Below, in pieces: positions 39,058 through 49,330 of a stretch of 64,000 bases of DNA. The number at the start of each line of letters is the position of its first letter. Within the stretch, counting starts at the first letter, position 1. The notes under the pieces were generated by a model. The model did not search any database. It had not been told where the DNA came from and saw nothing but the letters and a program-made list of their open reading frames with translations. The DNA is taken from contig CAVYTA010000006.1 in assembly GCA_963771355.1 (NCBI GenBank), positions 416,001 through 480,000 of the forward strand, written 5' to 3'. The position numbers and the translations under genes were made by a program. The stretch is from an uncultured Candidatus Rokubacteria bacterium (GTDB lineage Bacteria > Methylomirabilota > Methylomirabilia > Rokubacteriales > CSP1-6).

Positions 39058-40077
39058 ATGCGAGCGATCGTCCTGCGCAAGCCCGGCGCCCCCGAGCACC
39101 TCACCCTCGAGGAGGTGGAGGATCCCACCCCCGCCGCGGACGAGGTCGTCGTCCGGCTGAGGGCGGCGGCGCTGAACCACCGCGACGTGTGGATTCGCAG
39201 CGGCACCGGCGCCTATGCCGCGGGCTTCGAGCGCCGGGTCATACTGGGCTCGGACGGCGCGGGGGAGGTGATCGCGGCGGGCGGCGACGCCGGGGCGGGC
39301 CTGGTGGGGCGCGCCGTGGTCATCGACCCGAGCCTCGACTGGGGCGAGGACGACCTCGCGCAGGGTCCGAAGTTCCGCATCCTGGGGCTGCCCGACGACG
39401 GGACCTATGCCGAGCGGATCCGCGTGCCCGCGCGGAACGTGCACCCGAAGCCCTCCGCCCTCTCGTTCGAGGAGGCCGCCGCCATTCCGCTCGCCGCGCT
39501 CACCGCCTATCGCGCGGTGGTGGCGCGCGCCCGCGTGCGGGCGGGAGAGACGGTGCTGGTCACCGGCGTGGGCGGCGGTGTCTCGACCTTCGCCGTCCAG
39601 ATCGCGGCGCGGCTGGGCGCGCGGGTGCTGGTCACCTCGGGCAGCGACGCCAAGCTCGCCCGCGCGCAGGAGCTGGGCGCCGCCGGCGGCGCCAACTATC
39701 GCACCCAGGACTGGGGGCGCGAGATCCTGGCGCAGACGGGCGGGGCGGGACCCGACGTGGCGATCGACAGCGTGGGCGGCGCGACCTTCGCCCGCGCGGT
39801 GGAGATCCTCAAGCCGGGTGGGCGCATCGCCACCTACGGCGGCACCACCGGCCCGCTCAAGGACTTCGCGCTCCGCAACGTCTTCTGGCGGCAGATCACC
39901 GTGCTCGGGACCACCATGGGAAGCCCGCGCGAGTTCGCGGCCATGCTCGCGCTGTTCGGCGATGGCGGCTTGCGTCCGGTGGTGGACCGGGTGTTTCCCC
40001 TCGCGGAGGCGGCGGCGGCGCACCGCCGGATGGAAGAGGCCGGGCAATTCGGCAAGATCGTGCTCGGCACCGGCTAG
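39058..40077 (+). CDS. NADPH:quinone reductase-like zinc-binding dehydrogenase (MDR)
   Basis: LNHRD, GSDGAG, TGVGGGV and QFGKIVL motifs. Confidence 0.9.
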   Translation: MRAIVLRKPGAPEHLTLEEVEDPTPAADEVVVRLRAAALNHRDVWIRSGTGAYAAGFERRVILGSDGAGEVIAAGGDAGAGLVGRAVVIDPSLDWGEDDLAQGPKFRILGLPDDGTYAERIRVPARNVHPKPSALSFEEAAAIPLAALTAYRAVVARARVRAGETVLVTGVGGGVSTFAVQIAARLGARVLVTSGSDAKLARAQELGAAGGANYRTQDWGREILAQTGGAGPDVAIDSVGGATFARAVEILKPGGRIATYGGTTGPLKDFALRNVFWRQITVLGTTMGSPREFAAMLALFGDGGLRPVVDRVFPLAEAAAAHRRMEEAGQFGKIVLGTG

Positions 40078-40117
40078 AACCACCCGTCCTCCGGACCGCG
40101 TGTTGTACCGTAGAGAG

Positions 40118-41215
40118 GTGGCGCGGCTCCTCTCGCTCGACGCCCTGCGCGGGATCACGGTGGCGGCCATGGTGCTGGTGAACAACCCGGGCACCTGGCG
40201 CGCCGTCTATCCGCCGTTGCGCCACGCCGACTGGCATGGCTGGACGCCCACCGATCTCGTCTTCCCCTTCTTCCTGTTCATCGTGGGCGCCGCGATTCCC
40301 CTGTCCTTGGGCCCACGCGCGGGAGGCGGGGTGAGCCGGTCCGTGCTTGTGCGCGTGCTGCGCCGCTCGGCGGTGATCTTCGCGCTGGGCATCGTGCTCA
40401 ACGGGTTTCCGTGGTTCGACTGGGCGACCCTACGCATCCCGGGCGTGCTCCAGCGCATCGCCCTCTGCTATCTCGCCGCCGCGCTGATCTACCTGGCCAC
40501 CGGCTGGCGGGGTCAGGCGGCGGCCGCCGCGGTGCTGCTGCTCGGCTACTGGGGCTTGATGACGCTGGTGCCGGTGCCCGGCTACGGCGCGGGCGATCTC
40601 GGCAAGGCGGGGAGTCTCGCCGCCTACATCGACCGCGCGGTGCTGGGCCCGTCGCATCTCTGGTCGCAGGCCAAGGTCTATGATCCCGAGGGGCTGCTCA
40701 GCACGCTGCCCGCGGTCGCCACCACGCTCCTCGGGGTGCTGGCCGGCCACTGGCTGGCGAGGGGGCCCACGCCGAGGGCGGTCGCGGCGGGCCTGGCCGG
40801 CGCGGGCGTGGCGGCGACCGCGCTGGGCGCGCTCTGGGGACTCTGGTTCCCGATCAACAAGGCGCTGTGGACCAGCTCGTACGCCCTCTTCACCGGGGGG
40901 CTGGCCGCGCTCGCGCTTGCCGCTTGCTACTGGCTCATCGAGGCGCGGGGCGTCCGCCGCTGGGCCGAGCCCTTCGCCTGGTTCGGCGTGAACGCTCTCG
41001 CGCTCTTCTTCCTGTCCACCCTGGCCGCCAAGCTCCTGATCCTGATCCGCGTGGGCCCCGAGGCCACCCGGCTCCACGCCTGGCTGTTCGAGCGCCTCTT
41101 CGCGCCCTGGGCCGCCCCCCTGGATGCGTCCCTCGCGTGGGCGCTCGCCTACGTGCTGGTCTGGTGGGCCGCGATGTGGCTCATGTTCCGGCTCGGGCTG
41201 AAGCTGCGCGCGTGA
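40118..41215 (+). CDS. Heparan-alpha-glucosaminide N-acetyltransferase-like membrane acyltransferase
   Basis: SLDALRG, HADWHGWTPTDLVFPFFLF, GVLQRIA, DPEGLLS and PINKALWTSSY motifs. Confidence 0.88.
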   Translation: MARLLSLDALRGITVAAMVLVNNPGTWRAVYPPLRHADWHGWTPTDLVFPFFLFIVGAAIPLSLGPRAGGGVSRSVLVRVLRRSAVIFALGIVLNGFPWFDWATLRIPGVLQRIALCYLAAALIYLATGWRGQAAAAAVLLLGYWGLMTLVPVPGYGAGDLGKAGSLAAYIDRAVLGPSHLWSQAKVYDPEGLLSTLPAVATTLLGVLAGHWLARGPTPRAVAAGLAGAGVAATALGALWGLWFPINKALWTSSYALFTGGLAALALAACYWLIEARGVRRWAEPFAWFGVNALALFFLSTLAAKLLILIRVGPEATRLHAWLFERLFAPWAAPLDASLAWALAYVLVWWAAMWLMFRLGLKLRA

Positions 41216-41269
41216 CGCGCGGAGCGGTGGGGGATGCGGGCGCGGTGAGGGCCGCGCCCGCTCTCCGCG

Positions 41270-42412
41270 CTACTTGATCAGGCCGTAGAACTTCCCCGCG
41301 TTCTCGCAGACGATCTTCCGGGTCACCTCGGGCGGCAGGTGCCCGAACTGCTCGTCGATGTACCGCGTGGATTCCGGCCAGACGCCGTCGCCATGCGGGT
41401 AGTCCGAGCCCCACATGAGTGTCTCCACGCCCATGTCGTCGATGAGCTTGGTGCCGATGCGGTCGAACTGGAAGGTGGCCTTGCACTGACGGCGCCAGTA
41501 GTCGCTGGGCTTCATCTTGAGGCCGAGGTCGTGGAAGCGGTCCTCCCACTCGAAGTCCATGCGGTCGAGCGCGTAGGGAATCCAGCCGATGCCGCTCTCG
41601 CCGAAGGCGATGCGGACATTCGGGTAGCGCTCGAGCACGGCGGCACCGACGATGGCGGCGAGGATGTTGACGAGGTTCATCTGGAAGCCGGACACGATGG
41701 TGAAGAAGGCGGCGCGTCGGGTCAGTCCCGTCTGCTTCTCCATCACCCCCGGCGGCATGGCGGGGAAGGTGTGGAAGTGCAGGGGCAGGCTGACGTCGTT
41801 GACCGCCTTCCAGATCGGCTCCCACACCGGGTGCCACATCGGCTCCATGTCCCAGGAGCAGGACAGCTCCAGCCCGCGCAGCCCGAGCTTGGCCACGCGG
41901 TAGATCTCCTTCACCGCGGCGTCGATGTCGCCGTAGGGCAGGCAGGCCAGCCCGATCTCACGCTCGGGGTAGTGGCCGCAGAAGTCCACCAGCCAGTCGT
42001 TGTAGATGTGGAACATCTCGGTGGCCGCCTCATGGTCGTTCAGCCGGGTGGCGGCGCCGAGGATGCCGTACATCACCTCCGCGTCCACGCCGTCACGATC
42101 CATGTCCTTGATGCGCAGATGCGGCTCGGACACCCGCCGGATGCCCTTCTTCCCGTCGTCGTAGAGCCCGGTCTTGGCCATGATGTCCACGCGGTGGTGC
42201 TGGCCGGGCACGTACTTGTGGCCGGCGGGACCCACGCCGTTGACGAGGCCGAAGGAGCCGCCGTTCCGCGCCGTCCAGTACGGCCCGTCGGGCCCGTCCT
42301 TCACGAAGGGCATGCGGTCCTTGAGCGCCGCCGAGGCATTGGCGGTGAAGAGATCCGTCGGCATCCAGGGCAGGTCGAGGTGGCAGTCGGCGGAGATGCG
42401 CGTGTATTTCAT
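41270..42412 (-). CDS. Amidohydrolase family protein
   Basis: SADCH, DMDRDGVD and WGSDYPH motifs. Confidence 0.9.
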   Translation of the reverse strand: MKYTRISADCHLDLPWMPTDLFTANASAALKDRMPFVKDGPDGPYWTARNGGSFGLVNGVGPAGHKYVPGQHHRVDIMAKTGLYDDGKKGIRRVSEPHLRIKDMDRDGVDAEVMYGILGAATRLNDHEAATEMFHIYNDWLVDFCGHYPEREIGLACLPYGDIDAAVKEIYRVAKLGLRGLELSCSWDMEPMWHPVWEPIWKAVNDVSLPLHFHTFPAMPPGVMEKQTGLTRRAAFFTIVSGFQMNLVNILAAIVGAAVLERYPNVRIAFGESGIGWIPYALDRMDFEWEDRFHDLGLKMKPSDYWRRQCKATFQFDRIGTKLIDDMGVETLMWGSDYPHGDGVWPESTRYIDEQFGHLPPEVTRKIVCENAGKFYGLIK

Positions 42413-42422
42413 GGATGGCTCC

Positions 42423-44324
42423 TCACCGTCCCGCGGGGATCTTGTCGGCGACCCAGTCCAGACCGAGATCGGCCAGCTTGGCGCGCGTCGGATAACCGGT
42501 GGCGGGATCGCAGCCGGCCATCTGGTAGTAGCTTGTTCGCGCGCGCTCGAACTCCTCGCCCGTCAGCGCCACGCCCGCGGTGGGCCCGGTACCGGCGAGC
42601 GGCTTGAAGAGCTTCTTCGGCAGCACGTCCGAGTCCTTGCCGATGCCCTCGCGCGCGTTCAGCGCGCGGAGCAGGTGTATGCGCCGCTCGCCCACCTGGA
42701 TCAGCTCCTCGATGGTGGCGTCCCAGCCGGTGCCCGACTTGACCAGCTCCACCGTCTCGGACGGGCCGTAGAGCTGCCACGAGGGCCCCCACACGAACTG
42801 GCAGAGCCCGAGGGTGTCGAGCGCAGAGTAGAAGGCCTGCGAGCGATAGGCGAAGCGGACCTTGGCGTCGGAGAGGTCGCGAAGGTCGAGGTTCTCGGCC
42901 ACTCCGATCTCGCCCAAGCGCCGGTGCTGGAGGCTGCCGGGCTTGGCCCGCAGCGCGGAGTCGTGCTCGGAGGACTGATGGTCGGCGCCGAAGGGGTTCA
43001 CCGCATAGATCAGGCCGAGAGAGCGCTTGTGCTGGGGCATGTGGGCCGGCAGCTCCTGGCCCTTGACGGTGACGGTGAGATCCACCGCCGCGGGGCCCAG
43101 GCTCTGCGCCGCACGGAGGCTGCCCTCGGCGAGGAGATCGCCCACCCCGCGGCGGAGCGCGATGGCCTCGATGGCCCGGAGCACGGACTGGCCGTCGCCG
43201 TAGGCGAGGCCGAGCCCCTGGTCGTCCAGCAGGCCTTTCTCCTTGGCTTCGATGGCCCACGCGATGGTGGCGCCGGCCGAGATGGTGTCCATCCCGTACA
43301 TGTTGGCGTCGGCGGAGGCCTTGGAGAGGAGCTTGAGATCACCCACGCCGCACATGGAGCCGAAGAAGGTGAGGGTTTCGTACTCGGGGCCGCCGTAGAT
43401 CGGATCCACCGTGAGGTCCGGGTCCCGGACCTCCACCGTCCGCTTGCACTTCACCACGCAGGCGTAGCAGGTGTCGCGCTCCTTGAGAATGGTCTTGGCG
43501 AGCACGGCGCCGTCGATGTCCTTGGACTGGGCGAAGGTGCCCTCGGTGTAGTTCCGCGTGGGCTGGCCGCCCATCTTGTCCTGGATGGCGAGCACGCCGG
43601 CGGTGCCGTACTGGCCGAACCACACGATGCCGGGATTCGCCTCCTGCAGCTCCTTCAGCCGCTTCACCAGCCCGCGGAATTCCTCCTGGTGCACCGGCTT
43701 CGGAGGCTTGGTGCCGCGCACCACCACCGCCTTGAGCCGCTTGGCGCCCATCACCGCGCCGAGACCCGTCCGGCCGTTGGCGCGATTGACCATGTTCATG
43801 ATGGCGGCGAAGCGCACGCGGTTCTCGCCCGCCGGGCCGATCTGGGCCACCTCGGCCTTCGGGTCGCCGACCTCATCCTTGAGGAGCTGGTCCACCTCGG
43901 CGGTGACCTTGCCCCAGAGATGTCCGGCCGGTCGCAGCTCCGCATGCCCGTCGTTCAGATAGAGATACACCGGCTGCTTCGACTCGCCCGTGAACACGAT
44001 GGCGTCGGCGCCTGCCGCCCGCATCTCGGCGGGAAAGAAGCCGCCGCACTGGCTGTCGCCGATGGCGCCGGTGAGGGGCGAGCGGGCGCAGGCGGTCATG
44101 CGACTCTGCCCGGAGATGGCCAGCCCGGTGAGCGGGCTCACCGCCATCACCAGGACATTGTCTGGCCCGAGCGGGTCGGCCCCGGCGGGCATGGACTGCA
44201 GCACGAGATAGGCGGCGAGCGCGCTGCCACCGGGATATTTCCGGTACACGTCCTCGGGGAGGATCTTGGTCTCGATGGTGCCGCGGCTGAGGTCGACGTG
44301 GTATACGGTGGCGGTCAGTGACAC
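42423..44324 (-). CDS. Aldehyde:ferredoxin oxidoreductase family (W/Mo) protein
   Basis: GRTGLGAVMGAKRLKA, CYACVVKC, GPEYET and GMDTIS motifs; GTG start inferred. Confidence 0.92.
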   Translation of the reverse strand: MSLTATVYHVDLSRGTIETKILPEDVYRKYPGGSALAAYLVLQSMPAGADPLGPDNVLVMAVSPLTGLAISGQSRMTACARSPLTGAIGDSQCGGFFPAEMRAAGADAIVFTGESKQPVYLYLNDGHAELRPAGHLWGKVTAEVDQLLKDEVGDPKAEVAQIGPAGENRVRFAAIMNMVNRANGRTGLGAVMGAKRLKAVVVRGTKPPKPVHQEEFRGLVKRLKELQEANPGIVWFGQYGTAGVLAIQDKMGGQPTRNYTEGTFAQSKDIDGAVLAKTILKERDTCYACVVKCKRTVEVRDPDLTVDPIYGGPEYETLTFFGSMCGVGDLKLLSKASADANMYGMDTISAGATIAWAIEAKEKGLLDDQGLGLAYGDGQSVLRAIEAIALRRGVGDLLAEGSLRAAQSLGPAAVDLTVTVKGQELPAHMPQHKRSLGLIYAVNPFGADHQSSEHDSALRAKPGSLQHRRLGEIGVAENLDLRDLSDAKVRFAYRSQAFYSALDTLGLCQFVWGPSWQLYGPSETVELVKSGTGWDATIEELIQVGERRIHLLRALNAREGIGKDSDVLPKKLFKPLAGTGPTAGVALTGEEFERARTSYYQMAGCDPATGYPTRAKLADLGLDWVADKIPAGR

Positions 44325-44427
44325 TCCGAATCTCCTCTCTCCAGCGGCGCGCATCGGCGGCCGTTCCTGGCATGCCAACCCTGGGGTGGATAGTACCCCG
44401 CGGCGGCGCCGAAGGGCAGGGGGATTG

Positions 44428-44724
44428 ATGGGCGGCCGTCGCCTCGCCGCGCGGATGCTGCTGGTGGGCTCGCTCGTCGCCGCGCCGGCGAGCGCTGCGT
44501 CGGCGCAGACGCCCGACCGGCCGCCTCCACGGCCGGGAATCGCGCCGGAGACGCCCTGGGCTTGCCCGGCCAGCCATCCGATCAAGGGCTATCTCACCGA
44601 CGAATCGGGGCGGGTCTATCACCGGCCGGGATCGCGCTACTACGAGGAGACGAGCCCGGACCGCTGCTACGCCACCGAGGAGGAGGCGAGAGACGATGGC
44701 ACTCGCCGCGCGCCCGACGGCTAG
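44428..44724 (+). CDS. Small secreted protein with HPIKG..YH.PG..YY domain
   Basis: Signal peptide; CPASHPIKG..GRVYHRPGSRYY..RCYATEEEA pattern. Confidence 0.65.
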   Translation: MGGRRLAARMLLVGSLVAAPASAASAQTPDRPPPRPGIAPETPWACPASHPIKGYLTDESGRVYHRPGSRYYEETSPDRCYATEEEARDDGTRRAPDG

Positions 44725-44771
44725 CCGGCGGCCCATAAAAGCCGCCGGCGGGTTTTGCGGCAGCCGGCTAG
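44721..44771. terminator. Inverted repeat between convergent genes (possible bidirectional terminator)
   Basis: CTAGCCGGC/GCCGGCTAG outer arms and inner AAAAGCCGC-CG-GCGGGTTTT. Confidence 0.5.
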
Positions 44772-45697
44772 GCGCGCTCGAGGGCGGGCAGCGTGGCCGG
44801 GTCCGCGAGGGGCGGGTTCGCGGTGGGGCCCTCGCCCGCCACCGTGGTGCGCCGCATGATGCGCGGGTACCGAGCGGAGTCCCAGGGCCGGCCGCGGTGC
44901 AGCACGCAGCGGTTGTCCCACATCACGAGGTCCCACTGCTTCCACACGTGCCGGTAGACGCGCTCCGGCGCGGTGGTCAGGGCGAGCAGCTCGTCGAGGA
45001 GGCGCCGGCTCTCGCCGTAGGGCAGCCCCTCGATGAACCAGGCGTGCGAGCCGATGTAGAACGTCTTCCGGCCATTGGCGGGATTGGCGCGCACGAGCGC
45101 GTGGCGCACCGCGGGCAGCGCGGCGGCCTGCGCGGGATCGAAGAGATCCTTGGCGATGAGGTTGCGGGAGTAGATGATGCTGTGCACCGCCACCTTGCCT
45201 TCGAGCCGTGCCTTGACGTCGTCGGGGAGGTCCGCCCAGGCGTGGCGCATGCTCGCGAACTCCGTCTCGCCGCCCACCGGGGGCACCTCGCGGCCCGACA
45301 GCGCGGAGGAATGCGCGGGCACCGGCTTGAAGGAGCTGTCGGTGTGCCAGAGCTGGTTGCCGGAATGGTAGAGCATCCGGCGGTCGCTCCAGTCCATGAG
45401 GCCGCCGTGATCGGGGTCGGTGTTGGAGAGGTCCACCAGCTTCGGATCGTAGCGGGCCTCCTGGCCCGGCGACACGATGGTGTTCTCGAGGGGACCCCAG
45501 CGCTCGCTGAAGATCTTCTGCTGGGCGTCGGTGAGCTGCTGGTCGTGGAAGACCAGCACCGAGAATTCGTCGAAGGCCTCGGCGATGCGACGGAAGGTCC
45601 CGTCGGACAGCGGCCGGGTCAGATCCACGCCGTCCACCCGGGCGGCCAGACACGCATGGAGCGGGACGATGGAGAGTGCTTCCGTGGAGATGGCCAT
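44768..45697 (-). CDS. TauD/TfdA family dioxygenase (TfdA-like)
   Basis: NQLWHTDSSF, GGETEFA and WDNRCVLHRG motifs; AGGAGG SD. Confidence 0.92.
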   Translation of the reverse strand: MAISTEALSIVPLHACLAARVDGVDLTRPLSDGTFRRIAEAFDEFSVLVFHDQQLTDAQQKIFSERWGPLENTIVSPGQEARYDPKLVDLSNTDPDHGGLMDWSDRRMLYHSGNQLWHTDSSFKPVPAHSSALSGREVPPVGGETEFASMRHAWADLPDDVKARLEGKVAVHSIIYSRNLIAKDLFDPAQAAALPAVRHALVRANPANGRKTFYIGSHAWFIEGLPYGESRRLLDELLALTTAPERVYRHVWKQWDLVMWDNRCVLHRGRPWDSARYPRIMRRTTVAGEGPTANPPLADPATLPALERA

Positions 45698-45761
45698 GAC
45701 CGTCCTCCTTGGTCGCGATGATAAAGAAGCATAGACTCTCTGGCAAGGAGGAGGGGACCCC

Positions 45762-45977
45762 GTGGAATATCTCATCGTGCACTTTCCGCGGTCGCGCCGG
45801 GTGAAGGTGGACGACGAGTTCAACGGCCGCACCGACGAGCTGATCGAGCTCGAGCCCGGCAGCCACGTCGTCACCCTGGGGCCACCCGACAACTTCACCC
45901 CCTACGAGCGGCGCCTCGTGCTCAAGGAGACCTCCGAGCTCGAGCCCCGGGAGATCAGCTTTGACCTCGACGAGTAG
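45762..45977 (+). CDS. Small hypothetical beta-rich (PEGA-like) protein
   Basis: Strong SD; VKVDDEFNGRT..IELEPGSHVVTL pattern. Confidence 0.55.
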   Translation: MEYLIVHFPRSRRVKVDDEFNGRTDELIELEPGSHVVTLGPPDNFTPYERRLVLKETSELEPREISFDLDE

Positions 45978-47373
45978 GCGCGCGCGGCCGCTGCTCGCCG
46001 GTCTGCTCCTGACCCTGGCCGGCTGCGCGCACTGGGTGGTCAACGATCCCCTGGTGGCGGGCCGTCCCGCGCCCGACTACCGCTTCGAGCGGGCGGCGGC
46101 CACGGGGAAGAACACCAACTCGCTGTTCGTCTGCCTCGCCTTTTCCGGCGGGGGCACCCGCGCCGCCGCGCTGTCCTACGGCGTGCTGGACAAGCTCCGC
46201 CAGACGCGTATCACGTGGAAGGGCGAGGAGAAGAGCCTGCTCGACGAGGTGGACTGCATCTCCTCCATCTCGGGGGGCTCCTTCACCGCCGCCTACTACG
46301 GGCTCTTCGGAGCGCGGATCTTCCAGGAGTTCCGCCCCCGGTTCCTCGACGTGAACGTGGAGCGCGCGCTGGCCGCCCGCGTCGCCAACCCGCTGAACTG
46401 GTTCCGGCTCCTCTCGCCCAACTTCGACCGCATCGACCTCGCCGCCGAGTACTACACCGAGGCGATCTTCGAGGGCAAGCGCTTCGACGCCCTCGCGGAG
46501 CCCGGACGCCGGCCCTTCGTCATCCTCAATGCCACCAATCTCGCCAACGGCGAGCGGTTCGAGTTCACCCAGGACCAGTTCGACGTGCTGGTGTCCGACC
46601 TCTCCACCTTCCCGGTGGGGCGGGCGGTGGCGGCCTCCTCCGCCTTTCCCTTCCTCTTGAGCCCGGTCTCGCTGAAGAACCACCCGCACCCGGCGGGCTT
46701 CGCGCTGCCGCGCGACATCCGCGAGGGGCTCAACGACTACGAGGCCAACCGGCGCCGCTACTACTGGGCGCGGAACCGGGCCCTGTACGTCGACGACGCC
46801 ACCCGTCCCTACCTCCACCTGATGGACGGCGGCCTCGCCGACAATATCGGTCTCCGGCCCATCGAGTCGGCCTACCGGCGCAGCAGCGGTTTCATCCGGC
46901 GCCTCATGAACGAGGGCGAGATCGAGAAGCTGGTGATCATCGTGGTGAACGCGGGAACGCAGAGCGTGGACACCATCAGCAGCAAAGGGAGCCCGCCCGG
47001 AGTGGACGTGGTGGCGGTCAAGACCGCCACCGTGGCCATGGGCAACTACAGCACCGAGACGGTGGAGGTGATGAAGGAGCTGCGCGAGACTCGCGAGCGC
47101 GCCCAGCGCAATCTGGCGGCCTGCCAGCGCCGCCTGGCGGACTGTCCGGGAGCGCCCGCCCTGCCGCGGCTGGCCAGCGAGATCGATCCCTATGTGGTGG
47201 AGGTCAACTTCGAGGCCATCGCCGACCCTGCCCGCCGGGACTGGTTCTGGCATTTGCCCACGAGCTTCAAGCTGACCGTGGAGCAGGTGGACGCGCTGCT
47301 GGCGGTGGGCCCGGAGCTGCTGGGGGCCGCGCCCGAGTTCAAGGAGCTGCTGGAGTCGCTGGGCGCGCGCTGA
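45961..47373 (+). CDS. Patatin-like phospholipase lipoprotein
   Basis: Lipobox LAGC; SGGGTRA, SISGG and DGG motifs. Confidence 0.88.
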   Translation: MTSTSRRARPLLAGLLLTLAGCAHWVVNDPLVAGRPAPDYRFERAAATGKNTNSLFVCLAFSGGGTRAAALSYGVLDKLRQTRITWKGEEKSLLDEVDCISSISGGSFTAAYYGLFGARIFQEFRPRFLDVNVERALAARVANPLNWFRLLSPNFDRIDLAAEYYTEAIFEGKRFDALAEPGRRPFVILNATNLANGERFEFTQDQFDVLVSDLSTFPVGRAVAASSAFPFLLSPVSLKNHPHPAGFALPRDIREGLNDYEANRRRYYWARNRALYVDDATRPYLHLMDGGLADNIGLRPIESAYRRSSGFIRRLMNEGEIEKLVIIVVNAGTQSVDTISSKGSPPGVDVVAVKTATVAMGNYSTETVEVMKELRETRERAQRNLAACQRRLADCPGAPALPRLASEIDPYVVEVNFEAIADPARRDWFWHLPTSFKLTVEQVDALLAVGPELLGAAPEFKELLESLGAR

Positions 47374-47376
47374 CGG

Positions 47377-48267
47377 TCAGGCGCCGGGCGCGGCGGCGGA
47401 GAACGTGTCGCAGCGGCGCGGATCGCCGCTCTCGAGGCCGGTGCGGAACCAGCGCACGCGCTGCTCCGAGGAGCCGTGGGTGAAGGACTCGGGCGCCACC
47501 TGGCCCCGCGTCTGACGCTGGAGGCGGTCATCGCCGATGGCGGCGGCGGCGCCCAGCCCGGACTCCACGTCACCGGCCTCGAGCAGCCCGCGCTGCTTCG
47601 CGTAGGAGCCCCACACCCCGGCCAGACAGTCCGCCTGGAGCTCCAGCCGTACCGACAGCTGATTGCCCCGCGCGCCTCCCGCCCGCTGCCGCTCCTGGGC
47701 CACCTTGTCCGTGATGCCCATGAGGTTCTGCACGTGGTGGCCGATCTCGTGGGCGATCACGTAGGCGCGGGCGAACTCGCCGGGAGCGCCGAAGCGCTTG
47801 GAGAGATCCTCGAAGAAGGCGCGGTCGAGATAGACGCGCTCGTCCGCCGGGCAGTAAAAGGGGCCCACCGCGGAGCTGGCCATCCCGCAGGCCGATTCCA
47901 CTGCGCCGCGGAAGAGCACCAGGCGCGGGGCCCGGTACTGGCTCTGCAGGTCACGGAACAACTTGCTCCAGGTGTCCTCGGTGTCGCCGAGCACGCGCGC
48001 CACGAATTCCTTGGTCTCGTCGCGCGCGCCGGAGGGCGTGGACGAGGACGGCGGGGCGACCTCCGGTGCGGGCGCGGTGGGCACCCCGCCGCCCTGCATC
48101 GAGACGATGACGTCCAGGGGATTGAGGCCGAGGAGGAGGCTGATGGCGACCACCGCGATCAGCCCGAAGCCGCCGAGCTTGAAGCCGGCGCCGCCAAAGC
48201 CGCGAGGCGGTCCCGCGCCCTCGCGATCCTCGACATTGCCGCTGCCCCGCATGTCTCGCCAGCGCAT
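47377..48267 (-). CDS. Neutral zinc metallopeptidase (YpfJ-like)
   Basis: SGNVEDR, GPFYCP, AHEIGHH, ELQADC and FTHGSSEQR motifs. Confidence 0.9.
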   Translation of the reverse strand: MRWRDMRGSGNVEDREGAGPPRGFGGAGFKLGGFGLIAVVAISLLLGLNPLDVIVSMQGGGVPTAPAPEVAPPSSSTPSGARDETKEFVARVLGDTEDTWSKLFRDLQSQYRAPRLVLFRGAVESACGMASSAVGPFYCPADERVYLDRAFFEDLSKRFGAPGEFARAYVIAHEIGHHVQNLMGITDKVAQERQRAGGARGNQLSVRLELQADCLAGVWGSYAKQRGLLEAGDVESGLGAAAAIGDDRLQRQTRGQVAPESFTHGSSEQRVRWFRTGLESGDPRRCDTFSAAAPGA

Positions 48268-48305
48268 AATGATGCTCCCATTCAACCTAGCACAGGAGTA
48301 AAGCC

Positions 48306-49313
48306 ATGTCCGATCCGTCCCCCGAGCTGTTCTTCGAGACCGTCTGGGGCTACCAGCGCACCGCCGCGCTCAAGGGCGCCCTCGAGCTCGACCTGTTCAC
48401 CGCGGTGGGGGAGGGGAATGTCACCGCGGCGGCGGCGGCCGCGCGCTGCGGCGCCTCGACCCGCGGCGTGCGGATCCTCTGCGACTACCTCACCGTGGTC
48501 GGGTTCCTCGTGAAGGACGGCGATCGCTATGCGCTGACACCCGACTCCGCCGCCTTCCTCGACCGGCGCTCTCCCGCGTACCTGGGCGGCACCGTCGAGT
48601 TCACGCTCTCTCCCACCCTCGAGGAGGCCTTCCGCGACGTCGCGGGCGCGGTGCGGCGAGGGGGCACGGTGGCCGCCACCGGCGGCACGGTGGCCCCGGA
48701 CCATCCGGTATGGGTGCGATTCGCCCGCGCCATGATGCCCATGATGCGCGGGCCCGCCGAGGCGCTGGTGGACCTCGTGCCCGCGGATCCCGGGCGACCG
48801 CTGCGCGTCCTCGACATCGCGGCGGGGCACGGCCTCTTCGGGATCGCCTTCGCCCGGCGCTATCCGCTCGCCGAGGTGACCGCGGTGGACTGGGCGGGTG
48901 TGCTGGAGGTGGCGCGCGACAATGCCGTCGCGGCGGGTGTTGCGGAGCGCTACCGCGTCATCGCGGGCAGCGCCTTCGACGTGGAGTGGGGCGGGGGATA
49001 CGACGTGGCGCTCCTCACCAATTTCCTCCACCACTTCGATCCCGCCACCTGCGAGGGGCTCCTGGCGAAGGTCTACCGGGCGCTGACGCCGGGCGGGCAC
49101 GCGATCACGCTGGAGTTCGTGCCCAATGCGGACCGTGTCTCGCCCGCGCCAGCAGCGAGCTTCAGCTTCGTGATGCTCTGCTCGACTCCGGCGGGGGACG
49201 CCTACACCTTCGCCGAGCTGGACGCTATGCTCCGGCGGGCAGGCTTCGCGCGGAGCAGGCTGCACTCGCTGACGGAGGGGCCGCCGCAGCAGGCGATTGT
49301 CTCCGTGACGTAG
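48306..49313 (+). CDS. SAM-dependent O-methyltransferase with dimerisation domain
   Basis: ALELDLFT N-terminal domain; LDIAAGHG and NFLHHF motifs. Confidence 0.88.
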   Translation: MSDPSPELFFETVWGYQRTAALKGALELDLFTAVGEGNVTAAAAAARCGASTRGVRILCDYLTVVGFLVKDGDRYALTPDSAAFLDRRSPAYLGGTVEFTLSPTLEEAFRDVAGAVRRGGTVAATGGTVAPDHPVWVRFARAMMPMMRGPAEALVDLVPADPGRPLRVLDIAAGHGLFGIAFARRYPLAEVTAVDWAGVLEVARDNAVAAGVAERYRVIAGSAFDVEWGGGYDVALLTNFLHHFDPATCEGLLAKVYRALTPGGHAITLEFVPNADRVSPAPAASFSFVMLCSTPAGDAYTFAELDAMLRRAGFARSRLHSLTEGPPQQAIVSVT

Positions 49314-49330
49314 CGGGTCGCGCGGGGGCG

